A stretch of 18,477 bases of DNA from an uncultured Gemmatimonadota bacterium (GTDB lineage Bacteria; SM23-81; DAOVCL01), in assembly GCA_964626665.1 (NCBI GenBank), contig CAZVGK010000045.1, positions 1 through 18,477 on the forward strand, given 5' to 3'. The notes under the pieces are model-generated. The model did not search any database. It saw nothing but the letters and a program-made list of their open reading frames with translations, and was not told where the DNA came from. This document shows, piece by piece, positions 16,520-18,477 of this stretch. Each line of letters begins with the position of its first letter. Within the stretch, counting starts at the first letter, position 1. A program made the position numbers and the translations under genes.

Positions 16520-17296
16520 CTACTTGAGGAGAATCATTCTCCTGGTTTGTGCGAAGTCTCCTGCCTGGATCCGGTATATGTATATCCCACTGGCTACTGC
16601 CATGGCATCCCATCTGACAGCCTTGTAACCGGCCTCTTGTCTCTCGTCTATTAGTTTGGCCACCTTTTGCCCCAGTATGTTGTAAACCTCCAGCCTCACC
16701 CAACAATCTCTGGGTAAAGCATACTGGATCTCGGTGATAGGGTTAAAGGGGTTGGGGTAGTTCTGATCGATGGAAAATCGTGACGGCAAGGTAGAGGCCC
16801 CTCTTTCGCCCACTGAAGAGGGGTTAACAACTATCCTCACCGAAACTGGATAGAGGGGAGGGGAAATGTATACATAGGTGCCAGTCACTCGACATTCTCC
16901 TGGCAAGACAGTATCTCCAGCAGGATTATTCATATCCCACTCACAGGAGGCCAATGTGGAATCACCAGGTCCTAAGGGAAGTTCCAATACCATGGGGGAG
17001 AAAAACTCATCCCAAGACCATCTCCATATCTCTTCTTCAGAGGAATCAACAACATAAAAGTCGTATATCTGTGTTGAACCGAAGGTAAAGGTGACTGAAT
17101 CACTCCCCAGATTGGTGATCTTATAGAGCATCCCCACTACCTCTCCTTGCGCATACTCCGCCTTATCGGTAGCCATATAATACTCCAGATCACGGATTAC
17201 CACCCTCTTCTCATTCAGCCATTGACCAATGGAAGGTTTAGCTTGTAGACACAGGAGAATAAGGGATAACACCCAGATGAATCTTGTTCTTTTCAA
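16520..17296 (-). CDS. Secreted protein with a BsuPI-like (proteinase inhibitor, Ig-like) domain and a FlgD-Ig/T9SS-type C-terminal tail
   Basis: AGGAGG RBS precedes TTG at 17296 (preferred over 17353). Signal peptide KRTRFIWVLSLILLCLQA; core TDK..Y..GE.V...ITN....VTFTFGSTQIYDFYV.D...EEIWRWS...L.LGPGDS; tail QNYPNPFNPITEIQY...SGIYIYRI...RRMILLK. Confidence 0.8.
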   Translation of the reverse strand: MKRTRFIWVLSLILLCLQAKPSIGQWLNEKRVVIRDLEYYMATDKAEYAQGEVVGMLYKITNLGSDSVTFTFGSTQIYDFYVVDSSEEEIWRWSWDEFFSPMVLELPLGPGDSTLASCEWDMNNPAGDTVLPGECRVTGTYVYISPPLYPVSVRIVVNPSSVGERGASTLPSRFSIDQNYPNPFNPITEIQYALPRDCWVRLEVYNILGQKVAKLIDERQEAGYKAVRWDAMAVASGIYIYRIQAGDFAQTRRMILLK

Positions 17297-17358
17297 TCTA
17301 ATCACCTCCTTCCTTGCGAGGGAAAGGCGGAGCAAGCTACGCCTTCCCCTCATAGGGT

Positions 17359-18477
17359 CTATCGAATCAAGATCATCTTGCGGGTTTTTCTGAAATCATC
17401 CGTTTTTATCCTGTGAAAATAGACTCCACTTGCTACCTGAGCACCAGATTGGCTTGTGCCATTCCAATAGGCAACCCTATATCCAGCGTCCTGTTTTTCG
17501 TTGACTAAAGTGGTTACCTTTTGACCAAGCAGATTGTAAATCTCCAGCTTGACCCAACAGTCTCTGAGAAGCGCATAGTTGATCCTGGTAACCGGATTAA
17601 ACGGGTTGGGGTAGTTCTGAGCAAGTGAGAAGTGCTCCGGCAGAGAGGGCTTGGGAGTTGGCTCCACTCCCACCGGCGGGGATGTTAGCCAGGGGTCATA
17701 GTCAACCGGGCCAGAGAACGAGGAAGGTTCTGGTGGTGAGCTGCCCCACCAGTTGTTCTCCGCCTTTATGGTGTCAGTTACCCCCTCACAGTATACCGCA
17801 TATTGAGGAGAACAGGGACCTGGTAGGATGCTGTTGTTGCCTGTTCCGGGGATGAAGGAATCACCCAGAAGAGGGCAGCTTTCATAGCAGGCTACACCAA
17901 TGTCTCTGTACTCGTTAATCTTGTTGTCAGAGACTATGGGCCTGGAGCCTGAATAGAGGGCCAATCCCACCACATTCCCCTCCAGAACCTGCTCCAGATT
18001 ACTGCTCCCCTTGATGACGGTGCTAGAGTCCAATCTCACCCCGTATATGCCGTAATAGCCTCCACCTATTTGATTATCCACAATTTGGGCGGTGGCATCC
18101 TCAAGGTATATGCCTGCAGTTCTTGCGCTATCTCCTCCTCCCCGTGGATCATCACACTGCAGGATGGGCATAGAGATCGTGTTGCCACAGATATATAGGT
18201 TATCTGTGGCATATCCCCTTATACCGTAAACTGAGTGGTCCTTTATGGTAGAGGAGATAACATTCCCTACCTGGGCAGAATCAAAGCTCACCCCACAGTC
18301 GCTATACTCGATTGTGGCATATTGGATGTCTGCACTTCCCCCATTGAGGACTCTGATACCATCCCAGTCACCTGGTTTTGGAGTTTGAGAGGCAGAGGTG
18401 AAGGTTATCTTGGAATCAGCCGTCCCCTCAGCAACAAGACTGCCTTCTATGGCCAGTTCAGTCCTTGAGGCAAATTT
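17359..18477 (-). CDS. Secreted right-handed parallel beta-helix protein with a FlgD-Ig/T9SS-type C-terminal tail (5' partial)
   Basis: The frame stays open from the window end (KFASRTELAIEGSLVAEGTADSKITFTS...PGDWDGIRV). Beta-helix repeats GIYL...I..N.I, AENNWWG...VDYDPWL, and tail QNYPNPFNPVTRINY...VASGVYF...RKMILIR. Confidence 0.85.
   Translation of the reverse strand, partial: KFASRTELAIEGSLVAEGTADSKITFTSASQTPKPGDWDGIRVLNGGSADIQYATIEYSDCGVSFDSAQVGNVISSTIKDHSVYGIRGYATDNLYICGNTISMPILQCDDPRGGGDSARTAGIYLEDATAQIVDNQIGGGYYGIYGVRLDSSTVIKGSSNLEQVLEGNVVGLALYSGSRPIVSDNKINEYRDIGVACYESCPLLGDSFIPGTGNNSILPGPCSPQYAVYCEGVTDTIKAENNWWGSSPPEPSSFSGPVDYDPWLTSPPVGVEPTPKPSLPEHFSLAQNYPNPFNPVTRINYALLRDCWVKLEIYNLLGQKVTTLVNEKQDAGYRVAYWNGTSQSGAQVASGVYFHRIKTDDFRKTRKMILIR

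Noticed and set aside
1743..16861. KOPS (GGGNAGGG) polarity around dif
   Set aside because: Several + strand copies lie left of dif (1743, 2041, 4182, 4492, 5421, 7048, 8174), but reverse copies also occur there (6125, 10962) and + strand copies occur to the right (14501, 16854). Purine-rich coding bias could explain this, and the sample is too small.
573..18468. The many short alternative-frame and antisense ORFs in the six-frame track
   Set aside because: They are nested in well-supported genes and lack motifs; treated as shadow ORFs.

Overview
Bacterial chromosomal segment. The FlgD-Ig/T9SS-type C-terminal tails suggest an FCB-related candidate lineage such as Zixibacteria, KSB1 or TA06 (inference). 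Left part, mostly + strand: a truncated methyltransferase remnant (- strand), an MFS transporter, an AlkA-like HhH-GPD glycosylase split by an in-frame TAG, a secreted S9-type alpha/beta-hydrolase, a decayed repeat-protein fragment (- strand), then asnS-leuS-ktrB-ktrA. Right part, all - strand: a TPR membrane protein, tRNA-Arg(CCT), an AhpD-like peroxidase-related protein, a PLP Ser/Thr dehydratase, and two secreted proteins with C-terminal sorting-type tails. The two blocks converge on a well-formed 28-bp XerC/D dif site at 13179-13206, so this is probably the replication terminus. Intergenic DNA carries a family of short CCCCGT...ACGGGG palindromic inserts, a REP-like doublet and degenerate 7-9 bp tandem repeats. 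No CRISPR array, rRNA or intact transposase was seen, and I found no clear-cut new multi-gene system. The palindromic insert family, the amber-interrupted genes and the HIGQ LeuRS are the best leads.
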